Positions 48,897 through 59,708 of a stretch of 64,000 bases of DNA are shown in pieces. Position 1 is the first letter of the stretch. Every line of letters begins with the position of its first letter. The notes beneath the pieces are model-generated. The model ran no database searches, was not told where the DNA came from, and saw only the letters and a list, made by a program, of their open reading frames with translations. The position numbers and the translations under genes were made by a program. Source of the DNA: Candidatus Latescibacterota bacterium (GTDB taxonomy: Bacteria > Latescibacterota > CBDEFO01); the NCBI GenBank assembly GCA_965248755.1, contig OZ252149.1, positions 3,648,001 through 3,712,000 of the forward strand, in the 5' to 3' direction.

Positions 48897-48949
48897 GATG
48901 CTGCCCTTCTGTTGCCCCCTGAGTTTCAAACAGCTTCAAGAGAGGTTAT

Positions 48950-50222
48950 TCCGACATTCCCCATATCACATTCATGAGGGATTGTATTTCGATACAATCT
49001 TGTTTGTGAATGAATATTACCACTTTTACATTTTTCAACAAGTATTTTTTTCAATTAATTATAGTATTTTCCTCTGAATTATCACTTTCTTTGTGTTTAA
49101 ATCCTCCAAATCGGAGACACCTCTCCATCGACTCACAAAAAAATGTGGCAGTTTAAACAGAGTAATATCGCAATCGTTCAATCCGGGATAATATTTCGGT
49201 AAATAAGCTCTTGTCTATCCCAACCTCAGCCATCTGAAACGTGATGTATCTGCTGTGCCTGACAAGCTTCGCGCCAATCTTGATCAATGTCACGAGGAGG
49301 CTGCCAAGAGACCCCGGGATAATATCAGTGTTTGATTCTCCCTGGAAGAACCAACCGCCTTAGCCCGATTAATTCATAAACTTGCTGGAGTTATTGCGAG
49401 GAGCAAAGCGGTCCCCGATTGAGTCTATCGGGGAAGCAATCTCAAGGTTTTATAGTGGTCTCCTATGAGAGTCGGAGAGTATTACATCTACCACAAGTAA
49501 CCCCCGATTAAATCTATCGGGGGGATTGCTTCGCCTTCGGCTTGCAATGACACCGAAGGTGGTTAAACGGCATAACTATAATATAATACAATCCCTTAAT
49601 TAATACACGGACTTTTTTTGTGAATTATTCGCCTCAGAAAGTTTCCAAGATTATAGGCCAGAAGAAATAACCAGAGCCTCACCTGATCCCTTTCTGAACC
49701 CACATAGCATTGATATCTGTCAGGTGATATCTGACAGGCTGTTGAGATTTTCCAACTGAGTCAGTATCTCCGTTTCAAAACGTCCTATCGTGTTGGCGCT
49801 GGCGGCGTGCTTGCCTTTGCCCTTCTTTCCGGTAATCGCTCGCATTACTGGGTCAACTGGTAAAGGATGAGCATTATTCACAGCTTCATATCCTGCAAGA
49901 CGACTGTAAATCGATTGACGCATCAGTGTGGGCATATCATGTTGGATATTAAGTCCTCTTCGTAGATCGTTAAAAAGACTAGATACTGAGTCGAATAATC
50001 CTAAAACGTCATCGAGGTCACGATACGCAAGAAGACCACCATCAGATGTCACCTTGGCACGATCAAATTCAAGCTTAATAGTTCCATCAAATCCCATATT
50101 CATCCTTTCACCCTCTGGATGATCAATACTTATCCGCCATTTCCGAGTCTTATTTATTGTAATCTAACATGTTCTGGTGACTTTGACAACCGTTTTTCGG
50201 GTCTAATATGAGGAATGGTGGG
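48950..50222 (-). mobile_element. Degenerate, internally deleted IS1380-family element with inserted REP-like repeats
   Basis: Both ends and 5'/3' transposase segments match 53950-55576. Confidence 0.85.
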
Positions 50223-50349
50223 TTAAGCAAGATTGAAGATAGGTGCAAGAAAAAAAATTGCATTTAGTCTCCTATGTAAGTATATTATCGACTCAGATAA
50301 ATCGGATTTTATCATGATGTTACACCAGTCAATTTCAAGGAGGTTAGAT

Positions 50350-50934
50350 ATGAAATTGATAAAAGCATCCTTGGTTTCAGTTCTATTCTTGTCGGGAATA
50401 GCAACTGATAGTTGGGCAAGGATGGGACCGGAGTTCTATGTCAGGTTCAGCGAGAAGTTAGATCTTTCAGATGATCAGTTGAAAAAGATAGAGTCCATCG
50501 GGGCAGCGGCAAGGAAAGAGGCTATAAAGAAAGAGGCGGCTCTGGAGATAGCCCGCGTGGAGCTGGATGAGCTGCTCCATCAGGACGACGTGGACCTATC
50601 CAGGGTCAAGGCCAAGCTTTCTGAGATAGCATCTCTGAGGGCCGAGATTGAGTTCAATTTTATCAAGACCTCAAAGGAGATCGAAAAGGCCTTAACGGAT
50701 GACCAGAGGAGAAGAGCCAGGGATATTTGGAGGGAAGTGGAGCATAGAGAAAGAGGGATGGAAGATGAAGGATGGGAGATAATGAAGAATATGGAAAGAA
50801 GAAAGATGGAATTAGAGGAAAGGATTGAAATGATAGCCAGAAGGGCAATGGAGAGGTTGGAGGAGACGTATCGAAGGTTGAAGGAGAATCTGGAGGATAT
50901 TGGCAAAGAAAAGATGATGCAGGAAAAGATATAG
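50350..50934 (+). CDS. Spy/CpxP-like periplasmic protein
   Basis: Signal peptide; LDLSDDQ and LTDDQ motifs. Confidence 0.7.
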   Translation: MKLIKASLVSVLFLSGIATDSWARMGPEFYVRFSEKLDLSDDQLKKIESIGAAARKEAIKKEAALEIARVELDELLHQDDVDLSRVKAKLSEIASLRAEIEFNFIKTSKEIEKALTDDQRRRARDIWREVEHRERGMEDEGWEIMKNMERRKMELEERIEMIARRAMERLEETYRRLKENLEDIGKEKMMQEKI

Positions 50935-50961
50935 GGAAAATAGACGACACTCAATAAGGAG

Positions 50962-52093
50962 ATGGATATGTACTGGAAGGAGAACGAGTCCACGGAAGTT
51001 GTGGATGTACAGGCCATTCACGGCGGCGACGGCGCCATCAAGACGCGGGGGTTCTTTGAGGGAATAAGCCAGCTTCCGATCAACTTTCAGGTTTGGGAGC
51101 TGGACCCGGGCGTCAGCCACGGGTGCCACACCCACGAGTGCGAGGGTTCGCTGGAGGAGATCTATTATTTCCTGGAGGGCAGGGGGACTATGTGGGTCGA
51201 AGGCCAGGATTTCCCTGTTGCCGCCGGAGACTCGGTGCTGGTGCCTCCCGGCGCCGGCCTCGCGCGGGAAGCAGGCCGCCTGCCAAAGCCCGTTCGCCCG
51301 ACATTCACAAGAGTGGGATTCCTTCAATGAATTCCGCCGGAAGGGCCGATTTGTTGGTGCCCGCCGGTGCTGTTCGCCTGATCGGGCTGGCCGGTGGCGC
51401 GGAGATCACACCGGAAAACGCGCGGTTCTTCGCGGCCCCCCTGCCCGCGGTGCTGCACATTCTCAGCGCCAGCGTCTACTGCGTTCTGGGTGCTTTCCAA
51501 TTCTCCCCCGGCATACGCCGCCGGAGACCCGGCTGGCACCGCGGTGCTGGACGGCTGCTGGTTCCCCTCGGACTTGTCGCCGCACTTTCGGGTCTGTGGC
51601 TGACCCAGTTCTATCCCCCTGTAGACCACGACGGCCCGCTTCTTTATGTCATCCGGATGGTGGTGGGCTCGGCGATGGTCTTGTTCATCTGCCTCGGTTT
51701 TGCCGCCATCCGCCGTCGGGACATCACCCGGCACCGCGGCTGGATGATGCGTGGCTATGCGATGGGCCTCGGGGCCGGCACACAGGTGCTGACCCATCTG
51801 CCCTACTTCCTGTTCGAAGGCATACAGGGTGAGCTTAGCAGGGCGCTGGTCATGGGGGCCGGCTGGGAGATAAACCTCGCCGTGGCCGAACGGATCATCC
51901 GGAGGCGACCGCCCCTTCCGACGCGGTCCCCCGCGACCGTCTGACAGGAAAAGGTTTCCGGCAGTTCGGCCAGGATCGCCCCGTTGCCGCCGGAGACTCG
52001 GTGCTGGTGCCTCCCGGTGCCGATCACGGATTTCGCAACTCGGGAGACAAGCCCCTTAAACTGGTGATAATCTGGGGTAAGCCTCAGGACTGA
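50962..52093 (+). pseudogene. Cupin gene split by ~770-bp insertion
   Basis: HGCHTH..EEIYY..GDSVLVPPG then resumes at ~51980 with VPPGADHGFRNSGDKPLKLVIIWGKPQD*. Confidence 0.8.
51327..51944 (+). CDS. DUF2306-like membrane protein (GC-rich insert)
   Basis: LHI..GAFQF..WHR..GR..HRGWMMRGYA. Confidence 0.75.
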   Translation: MNSAGRADLLVPAGAVRLIGLAGGAEITPENARFFAAPLPAVLHILSASVYCVLGAFQFSPGIRRRRPGWHRGAGRLLVPLGLVAALSGLWLTQFYPPVDHDGPLLYVIRMVVGSAMVLFICLGFAAIRRRDITRHRGWMMRGYAMGLGAGTQVLTHLPYFLFEGIQGELSRALVMGAGWEINLAVAERIIRRRPPLPTRSPATV

Positions 52094-52098
52094 ATCGT

Positions 52099-53460
52099 AT
52101 GGCACTTCTGTCTCTTTTTATGCTCATTGCCCTGCACTTTGAATCGGCTTCTGCAGAGAGTCCGATCGTCCTTTCAGAGGTCATGTTCAATCCGTCGGGG
52201 AATGAGAGCCTGAACGAGTACGTAGAGATATTCAACACCAGCAATGTAGATGCGGTCGATATGGAGGGATGGACTGTGGGAGATAGCCTAAGGGATGACG
52301 AGATTGTGGAGACACATGAGGGGACAGTTTTGGAACCGCGGCAGTTCGGTCTGATTCTGGATTCGAGCTATCTTTCAGATGAATCGAGGATCTATGATCC
52401 TCTTCCAGACGATGCTTTGATACTGACCATAGACGGTAGGGCTTTCGGGTCAAGGGGACTCGCCAATTCAAAAGGGACGGTGATACTTAAGGGTAGGGAT
52501 GGGGCAGTTGTGGCTTCGTATATTTACACTTCGGAGAATAGAGACGGTCACTCGGACGAGAAGATAGACCTTGAAGGGGAGGACAGTTCGGATAATTGGA
52601 GGGATTCGAGGATAAGCGGCGGGACGCCAGGGGCCACAAATAGTGTAGATATGGACTTTATCGTCGAGATCGTCAGACCGGGTCAGGTAGTAATAAATGA
52701 GATTATGTTCGTTCCGCCCGATGGCCAGAGCGAATGGGTGGAACTATTTAACAGGTCTGATGAAGGGGCTGACCTTTTATTGTGGACATTGGCGGATGAA
52801 AGGTCAAATTCCGATCTCATAATATCCGAAGAAACGCACATAGTTCCGCCTGGGGGATATGTAGTCGTCTATGAGAGCAAAGCGATCTTTGAAAAGATGG
52901 GCGAAATTGTGGCTCTTTCCCCTCCGGGAAGATGGCCGAGCCTTAATAACGATGGGGATTCTGCCGTTATTAGAGATCCCAGAGGTGTTACCATAGATAG
53001 CGTCTCCTACGACGGTGAAAGGGGGGTAGATGGAATATCCCTGGAGCGGATAGACCCAGATGGAGAAAGCTTAGATCCGTTCAACTGGTTTCCTTCTGCT
53101 TCAGATGACGGGAGTACGCCGGGAGAGGATAACAGTGTCTTTGCTGAGAGTCTTCCGTCCGAGGTGGATATAGAGGTCTCTCCAAATCCGTTTGTGGCCA
53201 CGACTACGATCTCATATACTATCCCGTCGTCTGCCACACAAGTCAACCTGTGGATCTATGACAGTCAGGGCAGGAGGGTCCGCAAAGTGCTTAACGCCCG
53301 TCCAAGCGGATCATCAAGATCGGTTGTGTGGGACGGAAAAGACGCAGACGGCGTCAGGCTTAAGATGGGAATTTACGTGATATATTTAGAGGCTATAGAT
53401 GCTCTACGGGGTGTGGTTCACAGGGGCAAGAAAGCTGTTGCTCTGGCGTCGAAGCTCTAA
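52099..53460 (+). CDS. Secreted protein with two lamin-tail domains and C-terminal FlgD-Ig domain
   Basis: SEVMFNP..EYVEIFN; INEIMF..EWVELFN; SPNPF..IYD..GR..WDG. Confidence 0.85.
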   Translation: MALLSLFMLIALHFESASAESPIVLSEVMFNPSGNESLNEYVEIFNTSNVDAVDMEGWTVGDSLRDDEIVETHEGTVLEPRQFGLILDSSYLSDESRIYDPLPDDALILTIDGRAFGSRGLANSKGTVILKGRDGAVVASYIYTSENRDGHSDEKIDLEGEDSSDNWRDSRISGGTPGATNSVDMDFIVEIVRPGQVVINEIMFVPPDGQSEWVELFNRSDEGADLLLWTLADERSNSDLIISEETHIVPPGGYVVVYESKAIFEKMGEIVALSPPGRWPSLNNDGDSAVIRDPRGVTIDSVSYDGERGVDGISLERIDPDGESLDPFNWFPSASDDGSTPGEDNSVFAESLPSEVDIEVSPNPFVATTTISYTIPSSATQVNLWIYDSQGRRVRKVLNARPSGSSRSVVWDGKDADGVRLKMGIYVIYLEAIDALRGVVHRGKKAVALASKL

Positions 53461-53470
53461 AACCGTCCCC

Positions 53471-53914
53471 TTACTTCTGAGCTTTAGCCTCCAATGACTC
53501 GTAGCTTACGCCTTCTCCGCTGTCGTCTGAAACGGGCAAGCCGAGTTCAGCCCATCCCTTCTGGACGATTCCGCCCATCGCATCCTTAGCTCCTCCGAAG
53601 CCACCTGCCATGTTGAGTACATCCTTGTAGCCCTCTCTCTCCAGCGTCTCTGCCGCGTAAGCCGAGCGCTGTCCTGCCTGACAGCCCAATATGAGTTTGC
53701 AGTCTTGGGGGAAATTTGCCTCGACGACTTTGAGGAAATCGTCGTTGGGTATCATCTGTCCTGTGGCCACATCCTTGTGAAGTAGCGGGATATTCAGGGC
53801 GTTCTGAGGATGACCCGATGTGAATTCGGGAATCGAACGCACATCTATGTAGCTGTAGTCCTCCTCATCCATAAGCCTTGACGCCTCTTCTGGATTTATG
53901 TTCTGCACACTCAT
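53471..53914 (-). CDS. Rhodanese-like domain protein
   Basis: IDVRS..EF..GH, CQAGQRS, GG. Confidence 0.9.
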   Translation of the reverse strand: MSVQNINPEEASRLMDEEDYSYIDVRSIPEFTSGHPQNALNIPLLHKDVATGQMIPNDDFLKVVEANFPQDCKLILGCQAGQRSAYAAETLEREGYKDVLNMAGGFGGAKDAMGGIVQKGWAELGLPVSDDSGEGVSYESLEAKAQK

Positions 53915-53949
53915 TTTAGGCTCCTTATCAATACCTTAGGTGATGTATA

Positions 53950-55576
53950 CCCCCATTCGCCATATTAGACCCGAAAAATGGTTGTCAAAGTCGCCAGAAC
54001 ATGTTATATTACAATAAATAAGACTCATAAATGGCGGATAAATATTGATCATCCAGAGGGTGAAAGAATGAAAGTAGGTTTTGATGGAGGAATAAAGCTT
54101 GAATTTCATGGTGCAAAGGTGACATCAAACGGTGGACTTCTTGCGTATCGTGACCTTGATTACGCACTGGGATTATTTGATTCGGTATCAGCGGTTTTTA
54201 CCGATAAACGCACAGGCCGTAATATCCAACATGATATATCTACTCTCCTGCGTCAATCGATATACAGCCGTCTTGCAGGATATGAAGATGTAAATGACGC
54301 CGAGCGATTATCCGTTGATCCCGTCATGCGAGCGATTACCGGAAAGAAGGACAAAGGCAGGCAAGCTGCCAGCTCCAACACGATAGGACGTTTTGAAACT
54401 GATATACTGACTCAGCATGACAATCTCAGAAACTTGTCAGATATCAATGGCAAGTGGGTTCAAAAAGCGATGAGTAAAACACAGCATCAACGAATCATTC
54501 TGGACATGGACAGTTCGGAGAGTCCGGTACATGGCCAGCAGGAAGGATCAGCTTACAACGGTCATTTCGGATGTACCTGTTTTCATCCAGTGTTCTGCTT
54601 CAATCAGTTCGGGGATTGTGAAGGAGTCCTACTTCGCTCTGGTAATGTTCACAGTGCTGATCGTTGGAAGGAAGTTCTGGAACCGATCGTCAAGAGATAC
54701 GAGAGCAAGAAGAATAGGAAATACTTTCGAGGCGATGCTGCATTCGCAAAGCCTGAGATTTATGATTATCTGGAGGGAAACGGCTATTTGTATGCCATTC
54801 GGCTTCCCGCAAATGAGATACTCTATGAAAAGATACGATACCTGCTGACTCGGCCAGTTGGACGACCGCCGAGGAAACCGATTGTATCGTTATATGAATT
54901 TCAATATAAAGCGGCCAGTTGGGATCAATCGAGGCGAGTGGTCGCCAAGGTTGAATGGCACCAAGGGGAGTTATTCCCAAGAGTGGGATTTATCGTGACC
55001 AACATGAGCGCCAAGCCAGAAGGCGTGGTACACTTCTACAATGGCCGTGGCAGAGCTGAGCAGTGGATTAAGGAGGGCAAGTATGCTCTGAACTGGACCC
55101 GACTCTCATGCAAGCGTTTCGTCTCCAATCAGGTGAGGCTCTGGCTGTTTGTTCTGGCTTACAACTTGGGCAACTTCCTGCGACGTTTTGTTCTTCCGAA
55201 GAAAATCAAACACTGGTCACTACGCAGCCTCCTCGTGAAATTTATCAAAATCGGAGCGAAGATTGTCAGACACAGCGGATATATTACGTTTCAAATGGCT
55301 GAGGTTGGGATAGACAAGAGGTTATTTGCCGAAATATTATCCCGGATTGAACGATTGCGATGTTATTCTGTTTAAACTGCCACATTTTTTTGTGAGTCGA
55401 TGGAGAGGTGTCTCTAATTGGAGGATTTAAACACAAAGAAAGTGATAATTCAGAGGAAAATACTATTTTAATTGAAAAAAGTACTTGTTGAAAAATGTAA
55501 AAGTGGTAATATTAATTCAGAAACAAGAATGTATCGAAATATAATCCCTCATGAATGTGATATGGGGAATGTCGGG
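53950..55576 (+). mobile_element. IS1380-family element, TSD TATA
   Basis: Imperfect IRs CCCCCATTCGCCATAT / ATATGGGGAATGTCGGG; TATA both sides. Confidence 0.9.
54068..55375 (+). CDS. IS1380-family transposase
   Basis: TSNGGL, LDMDSS, RGDAAF, YNGRGRAEQWIKEGK. Confidence 0.92.
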   Translation: MKVGFDGGIKLEFHGAKVTSNGGLLAYRDLDYALGLFDSVSAVFTDKRTGRNIQHDISTLLRQSIYSRLAGYEDVNDAERLSVDPVMRAITGKKDKGRQAASSNTIGRFETDILTQHDNLRNLSDINGKWVQKAMSKTQHQRIILDMDSSESPVHGQQEGSAYNGHFGCTCFHPVFCFNQFGDCEGVLLRSGNVHSADRWKEVLEPIVKRYESKKNRKYFRGDAAFAKPEIYDYLEGNGYLYAIRLPANEILYEKIRYLLTRPVGRPPRKPIVSLYEFQYKAASWDQSRRVVAKVEWHQGELFPRVGFIVTNMSAKPEGVVHFYNGRGRAEQWIKEGKYALNWTRLSCKRFVSNQVRLWLFVLAYNLGNFLRRFVLPKKIKHWSLRSLLVKFIKIGAKIVRHSGYITFQMAEVGIDKRLFAEILSRIERLRCYSV

Positions 55577-56005
55577 TATAATGGCTCTTCTTATGATTTA
55601 AGAATAATTATAACTTATAATTCGTTCTATGTCAAGTGTCGTCATCTTGAAAAATTGTGATTCGGAAATTAAAGATTGAGATTGCTTCCCCCCGGCCCCC
55701 GATTGACTCTATCGGGGGTTGCTCGCAATGACCAAAAACAAAACAAGCAACCTCATTGCGAGAGGCCATACCCAGATCCCGAAGGAGTTGGCAAGGGGAA
55801 CCAATGTCAAGATTATCTAAAAATTTCTATGGGAAGGTCGACAAATTCTTGAGAAATGCAAAGTTTCCCCATCACAGCGTTCTGCTATAAAAGTTCTTGA
55901 CACAAAGGCAGTCTTCGATGTATTATGCAGGACGTATGTGTAAAGCTGCCTCAGTGGTCAGGCTATGCGCGTGTTACTTTGTGGTAGTGGCGAACGGAGA
56001 ATCGC

Positions 56006-57778
56006 ATGCCCCGGGAGAGATCAAGAGGATCTGAACCCATCTATAAGGTCAAAGTTCAAAAAGATGTGGTGGCGGCTATGCGGGATAGGACAAAGTTGTA
56101 CTCGGATGTATATCTTCCCGACGGGGAGGGTCCCTTCCCGGTGCTGATAGAACGGACTCCTTACAACAAAGAAGAGTGCGGGGAGGTGAGCATCGGATCC
56201 CCCGAGTTCTTCGCAGAAAGGGGATATGCCGTTGTAATCCAGGATGTCAGGGGGAGCTTCAAGTCCGAGGGGGAATTCTATCCGTTCCAGCACGAAGGAT
56301 GGAACGAAAATAGAGACGGATACGATACTGTTGAATGGGCGGCTCTCCAGCCCTGGTCAAACGCTAAGGTGGGAACCATAGGAGGATCCTACACGGGTGT
56401 TACTCAATACCGCTTGGCCCCGACGCGACCTCCTCATCTTGTTGCCATGTTCGCAAGGGAGTCGTCCTCGGACTATCACGAGGAATGGGCCTACAGAGGC
56501 GGAGCGTTTGAACTGGCTTTCAGTCTGAGTTGGGCTCTTGGGTCCCTCACTGTAAAGAATCTTGCGCACCTTGTGGAAAAAGACAAGTTCGAAGGCACGA
56601 AAAAGAGACTTGAAAAGGCCTTAGAGGAGATCGACAGTTGGTATAGTTTCCTGCCCCTGTGCTCGATGCCGCTTCTGGACGGCTTAAGCGACTGGTATAA
56701 GGAATGGTTGGAGCATCCCCATGACGGTCCCTACTGGCGGCAGTGGAACGTCGCTCTGAAGCACGACCAGGTAGATGTTCCCATCTACCATCTGGGCGCC
56801 TGGTACGACATCTTCCTGAGGGGTACTCTGGAGAACTTTAAGGGGATTAGAGAAAAGGGGATGTCCGAAAGAGCCAGAAAAGGCCAGAGGCTGATCGTGG
56901 GTCCCTGGGCCCACGGCCCGGGCGAGATGAGGAAGTCCCAACTTGCAGGCATGGACTTTGGTCCTGAGGCGGCCGTTGATCCGAATCCCTTCCGCTTGAG
57001 ATGGTTCGACTATTATCTCAAAGGAATCCAGAACGGCATTGACACAGAGCCGCCCGTAAAGATATTCGTTATGGGTAGGAACAAGTGGAGATATGAGGAC
57101 AACTGGCCCCCTATCGACGTGCAATACACCGAATACTACTTTGACAGCCGAAAGAGTGGATCGGTAGAATCGCTCAACGATGGGACTTTAAGTACCGTTC
57201 ATCCTTCGGACGACGAAAGTCCGGACAGATACATCTACGATCCCCGAAAGCCGCTGCCCACCAAGGGAGGAGGGACCCTTGGAATCCCTCCCGGTCCTTT
57301 TGATCAGAGGGATGTGGAAGTACTGAGCCTGACCTACACTACAGATCCGCTCAAAGAGGAAGTAGAGGTCACAGGGCCAGTTATCTGCGTCCTTTACGGC
57401 ATGTCATCCGCCCCTGACACGGATTGGGTCGTTAAACTTTGCGATGTCCATCCCCCCGATTTAATCGGGAGTGGAAGCTCCATCCTGATAGCCGACGGGA
57501 TCATTCGCGCCCGCTACAGAGAATCGAGACAACACCCATCGCTGATAACTCCCGAGGTGGTCTATCGCTACGAAGTAGATCTCTGGGCTACCAGCAATCT
57601 TTTTAGAGAGGGTCACAGGATAAGGGTATCGATCTCAAGCAGCAACTTCCCGCGTTGGGACCGCAACCTGAATACGGGGGGAGAGTTCGGAAAAGAAGCC
57701 GTAGGAAAAGTCGCACTGAACACTCTGTTTCACGATGCCGAGCGGCCGTCGCATATAGTGCTTCCTATTAGAAGATAA
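56006..57778 (+). CDS. CocE/NonD family serine hydrolase
   Basis: RTPY, QDVRG, GGSYTG, WYD, GPWAH. Confidence 0.92.
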   Translation: MPRERSRGSEPIYKVKVQKDVVAAMRDRTKLYSDVYLPDGEGPFPVLIERTPYNKEECGEVSIGSPEFFAERGYAVVIQDVRGSFKSEGEFYPFQHEGWNENRDGYDTVEWAALQPWSNAKVGTIGGSYTGVTQYRLAPTRPPHLVAMFARESSSDYHEEWAYRGGAFELAFSLSWALGSLTVKNLAHLVEKDKFEGTKKRLEKALEEIDSWYSFLPLCSMPLLDGLSDWYKEWLEHPHDGPYWRQWNVALKHDQVDVPIYHLGAWYDIFLRGTLENFKGIREKGMSERARKGQRLIVGPWAHGPGEMRKSQLAGMDFGPEAAVDPNPFRLRWFDYYLKGIQNGIDTEPPVKIFVMGRNKWRYEDNWPPIDVQYTEYYFDSRKSGSVESLNDGTLSTVHPSDDESPDRYIYDPRKPLPTKGGGTLGIPPGPFDQRDVEVLSLTYTTDPLKEEVEVTGPVICVLYGMSSAPDTDWVVKLCDVHPPDLIGSGSSILIADGIIRARYRESRQHPSLITPEVVYRYEVDLWATSNLFREGHRIRVSISSSNFPRWDRNLNTGGEFGKEAVGKVALNTLFHDAERPSHIVLPIRR

Positions 57779-57809
57779 TAGCGAGCGCAGAGACCCTGGA
57801 GAGAAAAGC

Positions 57810-58610
57810 TTGGAGACGGAACGTTCATTATCCTACGCTGACTACAAAGAGCACTACAGACTTGACGCTCTAGAGATCGTCCCTCCTGAAGATCTTCCCG
57901 CGGGACAAAGAGAATCTGAACAGCGCAGACTCCAGACAATAGTCAAGATCCTCAAGCCACAAAAAGGTGACCTCGTACTCGAAGTGGGTTGCGGCTCAGG
58001 ATGGCTTTCTGATATGTTGACCGAGGCCGGAGCGTCCGTCTACGCCTGTGACATCTCCCACTTAGGGGTGAAGAAGGCCAAAAGGCTCTTTCCAAAGATC
58101 GCCTTTTTCACTGCAGGCGACATCTATAACCTCCCCTATATCGCCCGCGGTGGACAAGGAGGACCAGACGGTTGCGGCAAGACGGGAGGGGCCTTCGACT
58201 CTGTCGTCCTTTCTGAAGTTGTGGAGCACCTTGAAGACCTGGACACGGCGTTGGAAGAGGTTAGCCGACTTTTGAAACCGGGGGGGAGGCTCTTGGTCAG
58301 CACTCCTTATAGAGAAAAGCTGCGCTGGCATCTTTGCATCCACTGCAACAAGCTTACTCCCTCCAACGCTCATATTAGAACCTTCGATGAGAAGATCCTT
58401 GAAGATCATCTGAAAAGGCACGGCCTCACGGCCGTAAAGTGGGAGATCGTTTGCCACAAATTCTTGGAACTTATCCGTCTGCCAGAACGTTCCATTAAAG
58501 TTCCCTATATATTCTGGAGAATCCTCGATCGGCTCTTCAATAGCCTGTCCAGAAAAGGGGCCTTCATCTTTGTCGTAGCTACCAAACAAGTAGGCAGCAG
58601 TCCCCGATAG
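57810..58610 (+). CDS. Class I SAM-dependent methyltransferase
   Basis: LEVGCGSG, SEVVEH, LKPGG..STP; CIHC. Confidence 0.85.
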   Translation: METERSLSYADYKEHYRLDALEIVPPEDLPAGQRESEQRRLQTIVKILKPQKGDLVLEVGCGSGWLSDMLTEAGASVYACDISHLGVKKAKRLFPKIAFFTAGDIYNLPYIARGGQGGPDGCGKTGGAFDSVVLSEVVEHLEDLDTALEEVSRLLKPGGRLLVSTPYREKLRWHLCIHCNKLTPSNAHIRTFDEKILEDHLKRHGLTAVKWEIVCHKFLELIRLPERSIKVPYIFWRILDRLFNSLSRKGAFIFVVATKQVGSSPR

Positions 58611-58748
58611 ACTCAATCGGGGACTGGCAATGGCAGGTGCAGTTGATTGGAGTCGACCTTCAGTATTGTGACGGATCAAATCCCAGGACAATCTCGGCTG
58701 TCTTGCTGTCTTGGCTGGAATTGTTTTGCACTTAGTTAAAGATTTTAG

Positions 58749-58777
58749 TTGACAAATGAACGGGTGTTCACTATATT
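58749..58777 (+). promoter_or_regulatory. lexA promoter (TTGACA-17-TATATT) with SOS box GAAC-N4-GTTC in the spacer
   Basis: TGAACGGGTGTTCA at 58757-58770. Confidence 0.75.
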
Positions 58778-58852
58778 ATAAGTTGACAAGTCGAAGATAA
58801 GGTGTTCACAACTGTAGTATTCCAAGAAGCAACAAGGATAAGGGGGTCCTAA

Positions 58853-59488
58853 ATGCGAAAGGAACTTACTAAAAGACAAAAGCAGTTCTACGACTTCATA
58901 GTCGAGTCGATCAAGGTGAGGGGCTATCCTCCGACGATCCGCGACATGATGAAGCAATTTGGAATCTCCTCTACCAACGGCGTAAGATCAACCCTTTTTG
59001 CTATCGAAAAGAAGGGCTACATCAAGCGCAACCCCTTTCTTTCCAGGGGAATCGAACTTACCGACTACATACAAAGAGTTCCCCTGGAGGGTGTCAGGGA
59101 CGTCCCGATAGTTGGAAAGGTTGCCGCAGGAGAGCCCATACTTGCTGTCGAGAACATCGAAGGTACACTGGCTGTAGATAGGAGCTTTGTCTCCTCAGAT
59201 GGCGATAACGTCTTCGCTTTAACAGTTCAGGGAGACAGCATGGAGGACATCGGCATCTTCGATGGAGACTACGTCCTTACCCGACAGCAAGAATCCGCCG
59301 ACAAAGGCGACATAGTAGTCGCCATAGTGGGAGAAGAAGCCACAGTCAAGCGTTACCAGCCCGAAAAGTTCCTCATCCGGCTGCTGTCTGAAAACAAAAA
59401 GAAGAAATACGAACCCATAGTGGTCAACAAGAACTCCAGGGGGTTCAGGATAGCTGGAAAGGTCATCGGTCTTATGCGCAAGTTATGA
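58853..59488 (+). CDS. lexA: SOS repressor LexA
   Basis: GYPPT.R, VAAG cleavage site, GDSM, ATVK. Confidence 0.95.
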   Translation: MRKELTKRQKQFYDFIVESIKVRGYPPTIRDMMKQFGISSTNGVRSTLFAIEKKGYIKRNPFLSRGIELTDYIQRVPLEGVRDVPIVGKVAAGEPILAVENIEGTLAVDRSFVSSDGDNVFALTVQGDSMEDIGIFDGDYVLTRQQESADKGDIVVAIVGEEATVKRYQPEKFLIRLLSENKKKKYEPIVVNKNSRGFRIAGKVIGLMRKL

Positions 59489-59551
59489 TTCTCAACTCGA
59501 CCGGGATGCTTTGAAGCTTTATCCTATTAGGTAAGAGGCATATATCGCGTA

Positions 59552-59587
59552 GAGGGGACGACTCTGCTTTCGTCCCCTCCTTCTTTT
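59552..59587 (+). terminator. Rho-independent terminator after lexA
   Basis: GAGGGGACGA..TCGTCCCCTC + T-rich tail. Confidence 0.7.
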
Positions 59588-59708
59588 GAAAAACGAGTTC
59601 CAAAATACCATTGACAAACCTACTGGCATAGCTTATAATTTTGATACGACTAGTCAGTCGAACGTGCAATAGATTACACATGGCTTTGCAAATCTCTCTG
59701 TAGGTAAG

